In this document: positions 44,071-55,592 of the stretch, piece by piece
Layout of the letters: every line of letters starts with the position of its first letter
How positions within the stretch are numbered: the first letter of the stretch is position 1
From: Thecamonas trahens ATCC 50062
Lineage: Eukaryota > Protista > Apusomonadida
Reading direction: 5' to 3'
Length of the DNA: 64,000 nucleotides
Assembly: GCF_000142905.1 (NCBI RefSeq)
Contig: NW_013657670.1
Span: forward strand, 21,856-85,855
Translations under genes and position numbers: made by a program
Notes under the pieces: model-generated
What the model saw: only the letters and a program-made list of their open reading frames with translations
Told to the model about the DNA's origin: nothing
The model's database searches: none

Positions 44071-47000
44071 ATGGAGGAGAGCTCATTGTCTATAGCAGAA
44101 CGACAAAAGCTCGAGGCTTCTGCGTTGCAGAGCATCTTTCCTGCTGAGTTTAGCTATGTCCATGAGCCGAATCACTTTCTCCTCCGACTCATTCCTCACG
44201 CAACGGATGACCACGGTGGTGATGGGGATGGAAGCGATGGAGGTGGAGAGGTAGAGGATGGCGAGTCAGACATGTCGCGTGATGGTTACTATGCTGTTGC
44301 TGTGCTACGCGTCCGCTTTTCTTCCTCATATCCCTTTGAACTCCCGTATCTCAAGATCGAGCCCGAGATCGGCCTCACTGATGAAGTCCTTGTCGCTCTG
44401 CAGGAAGCCATTGATGCCCGTGCTCCCGAAATGCTCGGCTCTGAGATGATTTACGACATTGTCGAGATTGCTCGCGAGATCGTTACCGAGCACAACGTCA
44501 AGCCGCTCTCGCTCCAGGAGGAGCGTCGTCGCCACGAGGCCGAGCTCAAGGAGGCTGCAGCCTTGGCCCGCAAGAACCGCGAGGCTGAGACTCGCCGCCG
44601 CGAGAATGCAGAGCGCGCCGAGCTGGACGAGCGCATCCGCTCCGAGCTAGTCGAGCGTAGGCGTGGCGGCGAGACGACGCCGCCAGCATCTGCGTCGACG
44701 TCGGCGCCGCCCACCCCGCGCGCTGCCCAGACGCCTGTCAGCAGGCCCACGCCCGCCGGCACACCGCCGGCTGGCAAGAGCTTTCAGATCGGCGCCCTTC
44801 TTGGAGTTGGTACCTTCGCCCAGGTCTATAAGGCGCTCAATACTGTGACCGGGACGCTGATGGCGCTGAAGCGCATCGCGCTTCGCGGCTCGACCAACCG
44901 CAAGATGAACGAAATGATCGCCATTGTCCGCGAGATCGAGATTATGCAGGAGCTCCACCACCCCAACATTGTCCGCTACCTCGGTGTCGACACTGAGCCC
45001 GACGCTCTCATCATCCTCATGGAGTACGTTTCAGGTGGCTCTATCGCCAAGCTCCTCGAGTCGTTCGGACCCTTCCAGGAGTCGATTATCCGCCTCTACA
45101 CGCAGCAGCTTCTTGTCGGCCTCAACTTTCTGCACTCGCGCGGCTTTGTCCATCGCGACATCAAGGGCGCCAACGTGCTCCTCGACGACGGGGGCGTCAT
45201 CAAGCTCTCCGACTTTGGCTGCTCTACCCGCATCGAGGAGCTTGTTCTCGCCCACAACCAAGGCGACATGCCATCCGTCCGCGGCACACCGGCGTGGATG
45301 GCACCGGAAATGGTCCAGCAGATTGCGTATGACGCAAAAGTCGACATTTGGTCGGTCGGCTGCACCGTCATCGAGATGGCCACCGGCCAGCGGCCGTACA
45401 ACACATGCTCCAACGCTCCCGCCACTTTTTTCAAGGTCATGCAGGACGCACCCGAGCTGCCGGCCTCGCTCTCGACACAAGGTCATGCCTTTCTCAGCAG
45501 GTGCTTTGTTCGCGATCCACCCACACGCCCCTCGGCTGCTGCGCTCCTCGACGACGCGTTTGTGGCGGCGGCAGGAAGGGTTGGCATTGACGAGTCTGCT
45601 GCGCATCGGCTTGTCGCTGCGCCCGAGCCTTCGCCCGGCTCCGAGTCACCGGTTGCTACCGCTTCCATGCGCCCTAGCTGGGGCGATGGTCGTCCTAGCT
45701 CGAGCGTGCCGCCGTCGCCGGCCGGCTCGCCGTCGCGCCCCTCAGTCATCATCCCGCCTCGTGACATAGTCCAGCCGCCGACCACTCCCTCGCCGGGCGT
45801 GGAGAGCATACCGCCAACCCCGTCATCAGCCTCGTCGCTCCTCAATGACAACCCGCTTACATCGGGTACTGCTGCTGGCTCGCGCTACCGCTCTGACTTT
45901 CAGGAGCTCGTCCTCCTTGGTTCGGGTGGCTTTGGCCAGGTCTGGAAAGTCCGCAACAACCTCGACGCCCGACTCTACGCCGTTAAGAAAGTGCTTCTTG
46001 ACCCACACGATGAAGCGCTCAAGAAGAAGATCGTCCGCGAGGTCATCACGCTCTCGCGCCTCCACCACCAGTACATTGTCCGCTACTACCAGGCGTGGAT
46101 GGAGGACTCGGAGACGCCGATTGCCCGCAGCAGCTCGGCGGTGACGGCCGCCCGCGTCAAGCGCCGCCGCGCTGATGCCGCCCAGAAGTTGCTTGCCCGA
46201 ACTCGTCGCCAGGTGCAGCCTGGCGACGACGCCGAGTACGAGTACGAGTCGGCGTACGAGTACGTGTACGAGGACCAGAACGGTGGAGCCGCAGCGGAGG
46301 CGGACAGGCCGATCGCGCCGACTGCGTCGCAATGCAGTGGCGCTTCTGGATGTGTTGGCAATGACAACACCGCTGCTACTCTCGCCAACAGCAATCACAA
46401 CGACGACGACGACGATGATGATGATGCTAATGACGCTGACCTCTTTGAGGCTCAGGCCATGCTCTCAATCGGCGGCAGGACCGGACGCCGCGACGGCCGG
46501 CGCTCGCAGACGGTTTCGCGGGCCAACTCGCGAGCCAACTCGCGGTCGCGGTCGCGGTCGCAAGCGAGCGGACATGGTAGTGGCCACGTCACGTTCTCGC
46601 CCTATTCACTCTGTCTCTACATCCAGATGGAGTTTTGTCCAAACCAGACGCTGCGGTCGCTCATTGCCAGCGAGTCACTCACCACTGACCGCATGTGGGT
46701 CATTGTCCGCCAGATCACCGAGGGCCTCGCATACCTGCACTCGCAGGGCATCATCCACCGCGACCTCAAGCCGTCGAACGTGTTTCTCGACAACGAGGGC
46801 GATGTCAAGCTCGGTGATTTCGGCCTCGCTACCCGGCAAATGGCTCCGGTAGTGGTGCAGGCGACAGCAGCCGACGCTGTGGATGCCGCAATGGGTGACG
46901 GAGTGTCGGCGGAAGTGCAGGACGAGCTGGCGCAGACCCAGGGCGTGGGCACGCCGTTCTACACAGCACCCGAGCTGGAGCACGGCCCGGTGGCCGAGGG

Positions 47001-49319
47001 TGAGGTCTACACCGAGAAGGTTGACATGTATGCGCTGGGCGTCATCCTCTTTGAGATGTGTGTCACATTTGCCACGGGCATCGAGCGCATCCTCACACTC
47101 AATGCACTCCGGGTCGACGGCACTCTTCCCGAGTCGCTCTTTGCCAACTCGCCCAAGGCCGGCGCGCTAGTCCAGTGGCTAGTCCAGCGCAATCCAAACG
47201 ACCGGCCGGCGGCCGAGGAGCTTCTCCGCGGCCACCTACCGATGAACGTGCAGGACACGTACTTTGACAATCTGATGGCGTCGCTGGCGAACCGCGACGA
47301 GTCGACGTACCAGGCGCGGCTGCTGGAGGTGCTGTTCGGGCAAAGCAACGACGAGTACTTTGACATCATGTACGATGCGGCAGAGATTGAGGCTCCCAAC
47401 GATGTGTACCTCGACGTGCGCAACTATGTCGAGGTGCGGTTGCAATCAGTATTTGCCCGACACGCCAGCACCTCGTTTACCCCGCCGCTTTTGCTGCCCA
47501 AGTCGGAGCTCACACCAGACGCGGCCACGTTTGTACTCGACCGCCAGGGCTCGGTGTGAGCCTACCGTTTGACCTGCTACTGCCGCTGGCGCGGTTTGCG
47601 GGACGAACCGGTGTCGTCTCGCTCCGGCGGCACGCCATCAGCTCGGTCTACCGGCGGTCGCGGACGTTTGTGGAGGCCGACTTGGACATCATCGGGCGGC
47701 GCGAGACTGGTTTTGACCTTGTCATGTCCGAGGTGGAGATTGCGCACACCTGCGCCGAGCTTGTCCTCGCCTTTTCGCCGTACCTTGACGACTACACGCT
47801 CTCGATCAACCACGGCGGCGTGGTGGAGGCGGTACTCATCGAGGCCGGCGTTCCGCTGAGCTTGCTCTCACGGGCGCAGCTGGTCCTTGCCTCGCTCTCT
47901 GGCGAGGCAGCACCGGCACATCGGCTGATCGAGCTCATGGAGCTGCAGCTGAGCAACTCGGCGGTGAAGCGGCTCAACCGGCGGCTTGCACTTGAGTGTC
48001 CGCTGGACGATGCGGTCGCGGTGCTCGGGCAGTGGGCATCGGGCTCTCGGGCGATGCGGTCGTCTCAGGCGCGGGCGCGGGTGCAGCGGGCGGTGCAGCG
48101 GCTGGCGCAATTTGCTAGTCTTGTAGCGAGTTCGCGAACCATAGCAGTTGCGCGGCTGGAGCCAGTCTTTGCGCTGCGGCGGCTGTACAACCCGCACTAC
48201 TACGCAGGCGAGCTGAGCATGCAGCTCGGGATATGGCGGCGGGCCGGGTCGAGCAAGCGCGACTCTGTGCTGGCGGTTGGCGGGCGATACGACGCGCTGC
48301 TCAGCCGATTCCGGCCGCTGCCGACGCTGGGGGCGGAGGCGCGCGAGAGCGGACCACTTGCCGGCGTCGGCCTGTGCGTCGCAGTGGACAAGCTTGTAAT
48401 GATGATCAATCGGGCAGCACTCCACTCGCAGCTGGTACAGGAGGCACGGCTCGGGGCGAGTGTTCAGGTTGTGGTGGCTGCGCTCGGCGAGCGCGATCTG
48501 ATGGCGGAGCGACTGCTCCTGCTGGAGCGGCTGTGGGAGGCGGAGCTCCCTGCAGGCATTGCGCCGCAAAACGTGAGTGCAACGCTGAATGATCTGGTGG
48601 CGTACTGCGTGGAGCGTGGATGCTCTTGGCTGGTCATGCTCAAGGACAAGACGCTCCGCGAGACGCGGTCGGCCAAGGTGAGGGCGATCTGGACACGGTC
48701 GGAGATCGAGCTTGAGTTGAGCGAGGTCGTGTCGTACATCTGCCGGCATCGCGAGACGACGGCGCACGAGGTTGCGCACCATGGACTTGTGGGCGGTGGG
48801 GGAGCAGCAGCGTCGACGTCGACCAATGCCGTTGACGTTCGGCTTGTCACCACCTCGCCAAACCGGCGAATCCGGCGGGCGATCTCCGAGGCCGCGCTGC
48901 GGCGGGTTGAGGGCTTTGTCGAGGGCATTGGCGGCCTCGACGTTCCGCTCGTGGTAATTGCCATCGACAAGGTGCCTGCCGCCGTCGTCTTTGACTGCGT
49001 GGCGCAAATCCGCTGGGAGAACTTTGATGATGCCGCGCTGGAGCTTACATGGGTCCAGCGCCACGGGCGGCACAAGGTTCTCCTCGCCCAGCTAGCTGCT
49101 GTCCTTGCATCCGCCTTCGCTGACGGCTATGCGCCCGGGCACTCTGGCCCCGAAGAGCGGCATGGATGCCTCGGCTTTTTTGCCCATGCCGAGGATGTGT
49201 TTTTGCCGTGTAGAGCAGATAAACGATGGGAATGGTGGGTGGTTGTGCCGATGATGATCACGGCCAAGGTCTCGGTCTTGATGGGCTGTGTCTGTCACAC
49301 ACCGCCTCGGCTGCCGTGA
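44071..49319 (+). CDS. GCN2: eIF2-alpha kinase GCN2 (RWD, kinase, kinase, HisRS-like, CTD); frameshift at about 47556; 3' end uncertain (49213 if one more T is missing at 49200-49204)
   Basis: RWD (ERQKLE..ALQSIF, YP.ELP); SRYRSDFQEL..LGSGGFGQV; IVRYYQAW; LYIQMEFC; HRDLKPSNVFLD; HisRS-like SLPFDL..PLARF and LAVGGRYD.L. Confidence 0.93.
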
Positions 49320-49369
49320 CCGTGGCTGTAGTTTGTCACCCCCCCCACATCTGACTCTCCATCCCAACC

Positions 49370-51153
49370 ATGGCGTTGCGATGGGTTGCCCTCCCCGCCA
49401 CCATCCTCTATCTACTTGCAGTCATCTCCCTTGTCCGTACGTCCATGCCCTTCTCCTCGCCTCCGCCACAACCGAGTCACCTTGGCTCTGCAGCCGGACC
49501 CTGACCCTGTTGCCCATGGGCACAGTCACAGCCACGCGGCCACAGCCACGCAGCCACAGCCACAGCCACAGCCACATACTTCTAGCACTCACACATGCAC
49601 ACACATGCAAATACATATTCGTACAATGTTGGCGGTGGGGGTCGTCGGTGGGTGGGCTGGCGTTGGGGCGGTGGTGTTGGCGTGCCACACGAATGGTTGC
49701 CGCCTGGTGGCGTGTTGGCTGGGGGCTGGTGGTCGTTTACTGGCTGTGGTTGCGCTCTGGTCATGGTTGCACATCGTGGCCACGCCGGCTGTGATCGCAC
49801 TGGTCATTGATCACACGTGGCCTTCATCGCACCCGCGATCGCACTGGTCATTGATCACACGTGGCCTTCATCGCACCTGCGATCGCACTGGTCATTGATC
49901 ACACGTGGCCTTCATCACACCCGCGATCGCACTGGTCATTGATCACACGTGGCCTTCATCGCACCTGCGATCGCACTGGTCATTGATCACACGTGGCCTT
50001 CATCGCACCTGCGATCGCACTGGTCATTGATCACACGTGGCCTTCATCGCACCCGCGATCGCACTGGTCATTGATCACACGTGGCCTTCATCGCACCTGC
50101 GATCGCACTGGTCATTGATCACACGTGGCCTTCATCACACCCGCGATCGCACTGGTCATTGATCACACGTGGCCTTCATCGCACCCGCGATCGCACTGGT
50201 CATTGATCACACGTGGCCTTCATCACACCCGCGATCGCACTGGTCATTGATCACACGTGGCCTTCATCGCACCCGCGATCGCACTGGTCATTGATCACAC
50301 GTGGCCTTCATCGCACCCGCGATCGCACTGGTCATTGATCACACGTGGCCTTCATCACACCCGCGATCGCACTGGTCATTGATCACACGTGGCCTTCATC
50401 GCACCCGCGATCGCACTGGTCATTGATCACACGTGGCCTTCATCGCACCCGCGATCGCACTGGTCATTGATCACACGTGGCCTTCATCGCACCCGCGATC
50501 GCACTGGTCATTGATCACACGTGGCCTTCATCGCACCTGCGATCGCACTGGTCATTGATCACACGTGGCCTTCATTGCACCCTGGCCGGAATCGCACACG
50601 CATCACCCACCACGATGATGGGGATTGTCGGGTCATAGTGGGCCTGTTCACGCCAGAATGGTACGTCCACGAGTCGGATACCGTCCTCGGCAGGATCAGG
50701 TACAAGTGGGGCCTGTTCGAGTTCTGTGGAACCGGCAATTCGCAGACCACGTGCAAGGGCTACAAAGAGCTCGGGGAGGATGCATCGAACACCAAGGAGC
50801 AGAAGGATGCGTGGCAAAAGTTGTACAACGGCGGCATCATCTGCGCACTCTGCGTCATCCTCGCCCTGGTGGAAATGCTCATCTCGCTCGTCTGCGCAGC
50901 CTTTGAGTTCTTCACCCGCTCGCAGAACAAGGCCTCGTCGTGTGCCTCGCGCTCGGGCTTTACAGCCCTCATCTTCCAACTCCTCGGCCCGCTCTTCTGG
51001 TACTTTTTCTCCATCAAGGGCAACGAGCAGCCCGGAGTCCTCCCCTCGGACTCGTTCTCGGGCGTCGGCCTCGGCTGGTGGTCAGTCATTGTCGGCATCA
51101 TCTTTAACCTCATCGCCGGCTTCCTCCTCGAGCTTGTCGACAACGGCAAGTAG
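49370..51153 (+). CDS. Claudin/PMP22-like tetraspan membrane protein (193 aa); intron 49437-50638
   Basis: Exon 1 MALRWVALPATILYLLAVISLV + GTACGT donor joins in phase at TAG (50638) to LGLFTPEWY...KWGLFEFC-x8-C. Four hydrophobic helices. Confidence 0.75.
49790..50582. repeat. 44-bp tandem minisatellite, about 18 copies, intronic
   Basis: Unit GCGATCGCACTGGTCATTGATCACACGTGGCCTTCATC(G/A)CACC(C/T); no spacers. Confidence 0.97.
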
Positions 51154-51396
51154 CAGCAGTCCATCATCCACGCCACACATACCTCCCTCCGCCTTGCTCA
51201 ACACCCTTGAACACACATTTATGCACCCACATCGCCTTGCTTCCATTCATTTTCCATTGCGAGTCCGTCGGTCATCATCAGCGAGTGTGTCACGTGCGGA
51301 CAGGCAGTTCGGTGACAGTAGCCGTTCACCGACACGGTGCGCCAGCACGGGCACAAGGGACACGGGCACGACCTCACTCTGGACGAGCGAGTGAGG

Positions 51397-51747
51397 ATGA
51401 GTGTCGGAATCATTGCTACCGAGAACGAGATTACTTTTGTAATGAGCATCTTTGCTGTGGCTGGCCTCGTGGTCTTTGTCATCCTCCTCGCCGCCCGCAA
51501 GTACGCTCGTCGTGGCGCGGGCTACCTGGACGAGGATGCTGTCGTGACTCGAATGGACAGAGTGGCCGAGAGGGAGCTTCGGGAGGACTTTACTGCTTTG
51601 GATCAAGCTCCGCCGCCGCCGCTCCGTCGCCCGCATGGCGACTACGTCATCTCGTCCGACGAGATGGGCCCGCCCAGATCGTCCAGCTACGAGTCGTACT
51701 ACTCGTACGAGGAGGTGGCCAAGCTCGGCCCGGACAAGGGCAAGTGA
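51397..51747 (+). CDS. Small single-pass membrane protein with a Tyr-rich cytoplasmic tail
   Basis: TM helix (FVMSIFAVAGLVVFVILLAA) followed by RKYARR; PPPPLRR and YESYYSYEEV in the tail. Confidence 0.6.
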   Translation: MSVGIIATENEITFVMSIFAVAGLVVFVILLAARKYARRGAGYLDEDAVVTRMDRVAERELREDFTALDQAPPPPLRRPHGDYVISSDEMGPPRSSSYESYYSYEEVAKLGPDKGK

Positions 51748-51811
51748 TGACCGTGGCCTGCGCTGACCAGTGCTCCACCGCACGCCATGCTGTGCACATA
51801 CGCAACTGTTT

Positions 51812-53649
51812 TTATGCCGTTCCCCGAATCGACGCCGCCACAGCGACAGCATCGAGCGCGGACTCGCCGAGCGCGTCGAGCGCCGCCACACACCCGTCAC
51901 GGGCGTCCGAAGACGAGAATGCTTCCGGCGGAGGGGAGACTGCAGCGAGCGAGCCGAGCGCCGCGACAGCCTCGGTATGGAGCACCGCATGCTCAGACTC
52001 GAGGAGGACCGTGAACGGCGCAAGCGAGGGCAGCGCCGCGCCGGTCGCCATAGACGACTCGGGCGTTGCCGCCAGCGCTGCCAGCGCACGCGCAGACTCC
52101 ATCTTGACGTTGACCGCTTCGACTGCTGCAAGTTCGGCCAATCGCGCCACAAATCCAGGCACGGTGGCGAGGTAGAGTGCAGCCTCGGCTGCGCCCGACG
52201 CGTCCTCGGCGCCCTCGGGCGTCTCCAGCTCGGCCGCCGCCGGCCGCTTCACCAAATGCCGCGCAATTGCCGCCGCGTTAAACTGCATCGGCTGGTGTGG
52301 CGAGGCCAGGATCGGAAGCAGCTCGTCGAGTACGCCTGACGTCCGCAGCACGGCGCGGACTGGGCGCGCAATGGCGAGGTTACGCAGCGAGCCAAGAATC
52401 GCGTGCTGTAGCGGGAGCTCGTCATCGTCGTCGGCCACCAGCCGAAGATTGAACACCGCAGCCTCACAAAATCCGGCCTTCATCAGCGCCACGCACTGCT
52501 CTTCGCTCCGCGCCAAATTACCCATCAGTAGCATGAGCGGCTTGCGCGTCGCCATCGCTGCCCCGCCCGCGCTTGGTGCCACCGACGCCAGCGCGCAGAA
52601 CCGCGCCACCGCGCCGCGATCCACAAGCTCGTTGGCCAGCTCGTTGACCAGCGCGAGGTGCGAGAGGATGAGCGTCGCCGCTGCAGCCTCGTCTTCTTCG
52701 TCCTCATCTACACAGCTCGCTGCCTTCATAACCACGTCGAGCAGCTTTTCGCCGGCCCGAGGCGCCGGCAGTTCCGCCGCCGCCACCGCCACCGCCACCT
52801 CGGCCTGGTCAGTCACCGTCGCCAGCGACTCGAGCACAAGTGAGGCGTCGGCTTCCGAGCCAGCAAGGAGCGCACAAAGAACGTCAACGACATGGTACTC
52901 GCCAAAGATCGTCTTCCACGTGGCGTCAAACCAAGTCGACTGGAACGCCCGCAGCGACATGGTGACCAGGCCGTACGACCGCGCCGGGTGAGGCCGGCAA
53001 AGACAAAGTCGTGCAGAAGCGTGCCCGCCGCGAGGATCTCGTCTACAAACGTGTTTGAGTCGGACGCAATGTAGTTGCCCACACCGCCCATCGTGACCAT
53101 GCCCAGCCGCGAGTCGAGGCCCGGCGACGCGGAATCGTCGAGGATCCAAGTCAGGAGCCGGACAGCAACCGGGCCGAGCCCAGCAGCGTGGAGCGCCTCG
53201 CGGTTCTTATCACAGTAGAACGCCATGTTCCCCACGCTCCGCAGGCACTGCACCAGCGCCTTGGCCACTTTCTCCTCGCTGTCCACCCGCGACTCGCTCG
53301 CCTCGGCCGTCGCCAGCACGGCATCAAGAGCTTCGACCACAGCCTCGGCTGCCTGTCCGCCGAGGATCTCGCGGAAGCGCTTGCCCTTTGCCAGCTCTGC
53401 AATACCGAGAGCAGCGGCAGCAATGAGATCAAAGTCAGCACTCTCTTTGCCAGCCCTCGCATGGCCTCCCAGCACTACCGGCACCTCGCCCGAAATGTAC
53501 TCCATGCGGACCTTCTCCTCGGCCTCATCGCTTGGCGCCGCATCGATGACAGCCATCATCTCCGCCACGGCCTCGGCGACCTCGCCACCGCTCACAGCCT
53601 CGCTCAGCTTGGACGCCGTCTTGCTCACATGTGCAGGCACATTCGACAT
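51812..53649 (-). CDS. RAP1GDS1: Armadillo-repeat SmgGDS/RAP1GDS1 (vimar/darlin-like); frameshift at about 52986-52988
   Basis: QCLRSVGNMAFYCDKNR, MGNLARSEEQC and LQHAILGSLRNLAI...GV...L.S...PMQF match SmgGDS. The two frames join by adding one C. Confidence 0.8.
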
Positions 53650-53904
53650 GTTCCGTCTCTTGCTCTCTGTCTGTTGTCGTGTGTCTATGCTTCTCCTGCG
53701 CCGTTCCCCTCGCCTCTCCTGCTCGGCTGGTCTCGAGTCACATCGCCGTTTTGACACGAGCCACCGCTCTTGGCTTTGCCCCGTTTGGGCGAAGGCGAAG
53801 GCGAGGCGAGAACGTCGCAGAAGGAAAAGAAGAAAGTGTGCAGGCTCGCGCTATGCTTGCATTTTACTGTGGCCGCTGCCAGCGGTTTGAGCTTGACGCG
53901 CTGC

Positions 53905-55206
53905 TTAACGCCGCTTGCGGTTAGAGGACGAGGAGCGGGCAAATGAGATCGACCAGCCGTAGTGCTGGATGAGAAAGTCGCGGAGGACGTCGAGAGCGAC
54001 GGCGGCCGAGCCGTGGTCCATGAACCGCGCAAAGGCGATCGAGCGGTCGGCGAGGTACGAGACCGAGAGGAAGCCCTCGTAGCGCGAGAAGATTCCCTCA
54101 AGATCATACTGAGTCGTGCCTGGAGTGATCGAGCCCACAAAGAGCGTGTCGACGCCGCCAGAGCCACTCCCGCCGCCGCCCATGCCACCGCCGGGCGCGC
54201 CGCCCGGAGGCGGCGAGCCGCCGTAGCCCGAGCCATAGCCACCGCCCGCGCTTGCGGCCTGGTACCCGCCGGGCGGCGGCCCGCCGTAAACCGCCGGCGC
54301 GCCGCCGTACATGCCCATCGGTGGGTAGCCGGGCGCTTGCTGTGCCACGTACGGGTCTGCAGCGTACATGCTCTGCGGCGGGAGCTCCTGCAGTTGCGGC
54401 GGTGGCAACGCCGGGCCGGGACCCTGCTGGTAGAACCCGCGCATCGACGACGCATACGACGCTGACGAATCGTTGCGGCGGTAGCGCTTCGACGGCCGCG
54501 CCGAGCTCGACTCGGGCGACGTCGACGAGTCGTGATAGTCGCGCTTACGCATGGTCATGTTGTTCTTAGCCATTTCCACCGTCATCGACACTGACCGCCG
54601 CTTGTCGACCATGTGCCCGTTGCACCGAGCCACTGCCGCCGTCGCGTGCTCCACCGTGTCAAAGAGCACAAACGCAATGCTGTGCGTTCCTTTCTTGTCC
54701 ATCCGGATCGTCGCGTCTTCAAAGCCTTCCACAAACGCAAACATGTTGTCCAGCTCGCGCTGGGTAAAGTCAGCCGGCAGGCCGTACACAAAAATGGTCC
54801 TCACCGGCCCGCGCCCATCGTCATCGTCATCTTCTCCTTCACCTTCGCCTGCACCGACACTCGCGCCGACATCCTCGCTCTCGCCCTCGCCCTCACCCTC
54901 GCCCTCGCCATCATCATCCGGATCTTGCGCACGCAGCCGCGGCTCGATCGACGGCTCGTCTTCGTCCTCGCGCTCGTCCTCGCGCTCGTCCTCGTCGCCC
55001 TTGACGACATCAGCCTCGTTCTCAGCACCAGCTCCAGCCAAGGCATCGTCTCCTGAGGCGGCCTCAGCGGCGGCCCTAGGACCAGCCTCGGCACCAGCCT
55101 CGGCTGCCTCCACTTCGACTCCAGCCTCCACCTCGACTCCAGCCTCCACCTCGGTCCCAGTCTCCTCGACACCCGCAGCCTGCTTCATGGTCTTCCGCTT
55201 GACCAT
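53905..55206 (-). CDS. Two-RRM RNA-binding protein (RBPMS/Mec-8/Scw1-like) with an acidic N-terminus
   Basis: RTIFVYGLPADFTQRELDNMF..VEGFE...AFVLF...VEMAKNN, and a second RRM DTLFVG...IAFARF...ISFAR. Confidence 0.82.
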   Translation of the reverse strand: MVKRKTMKQAAGVEETGTEVEAGVEVEAGVEVEAAEAGAEAGPRAAAEAASGDDALAGAGAENEADVVKGDEDEREDEREDEDEPSIEPRLRAQDPDDDGEGEGEGEGESEDVGASVGAGEGEGEDDDDDGRGPVRTIFVYGLPADFTQRELDNMFAFVEGFEDATIRMDKKGTHSIAFVLFDTVEHATAAVARCNGHMVDKRRSVSMTVEMAKNNMTMRKRDYHDSSTSPESSSARPSKRYRRNDSSASYASSMRGFYQQGPGPALPPPQLQELPPQSMYAADPYVAQQAPGYPPMGMYGGAPAVYGGPPPGGYQAASAGGGYGSGYGGSPPPGGAPGGGMGGGGSGSGGVDTLFVGSITPGTTQYDLEGIFSRYEGFLSVSYLADRSIAFARFMDHGSAAVALDVLRDFLIQHYGWSISFARSSSSNRKRR

Positions 55207-55592
55207 GTTCTCCAGTGATACCTGCTTGTCTGTCCGTAGCTCTGTCTGTCGGTCTGTCTGCTCGGCTGTCTGCCCAACAACCAAGTGAGTGACCACCGCT
55301 CCACCCCCCCCCCCCTTCCCCTCCCTCCTTCCCTCCCTTCCACCCCCTCCACATCCTCCTTCCCTCATACTTACCCTTTCACACGCCAACCTATATCTTG
55401 TCCCGGCCACAGCCGCGCCGAGTGTACCACGCTCTCCCTACTCTCACCGTCCTCGCCGCCCGCCGCTCTCGCTCACGAAAAAGGTCGTAAGCCTCGGTTA
55501 CCGCCGATCACGATCACGATCACGATCACGATCGCAAACACGACCCCCTTCTCCACCCTCTCCACCCTCTGCACCCCCACCTCACGCCCGTC

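Noticed and set aside
47557-47559. Sec or stop readthrough at the GCN2 TGA
   Set aside because: Homology continues in a different frame, so this is a frameshift rather than readthrough, and no SECIS was seen.
49790-50582. CRISPR array or coding repeat
   Set aside because: No spacers; 44 is not a multiple of 3 and stops recur; the array lies within an inferred intron.
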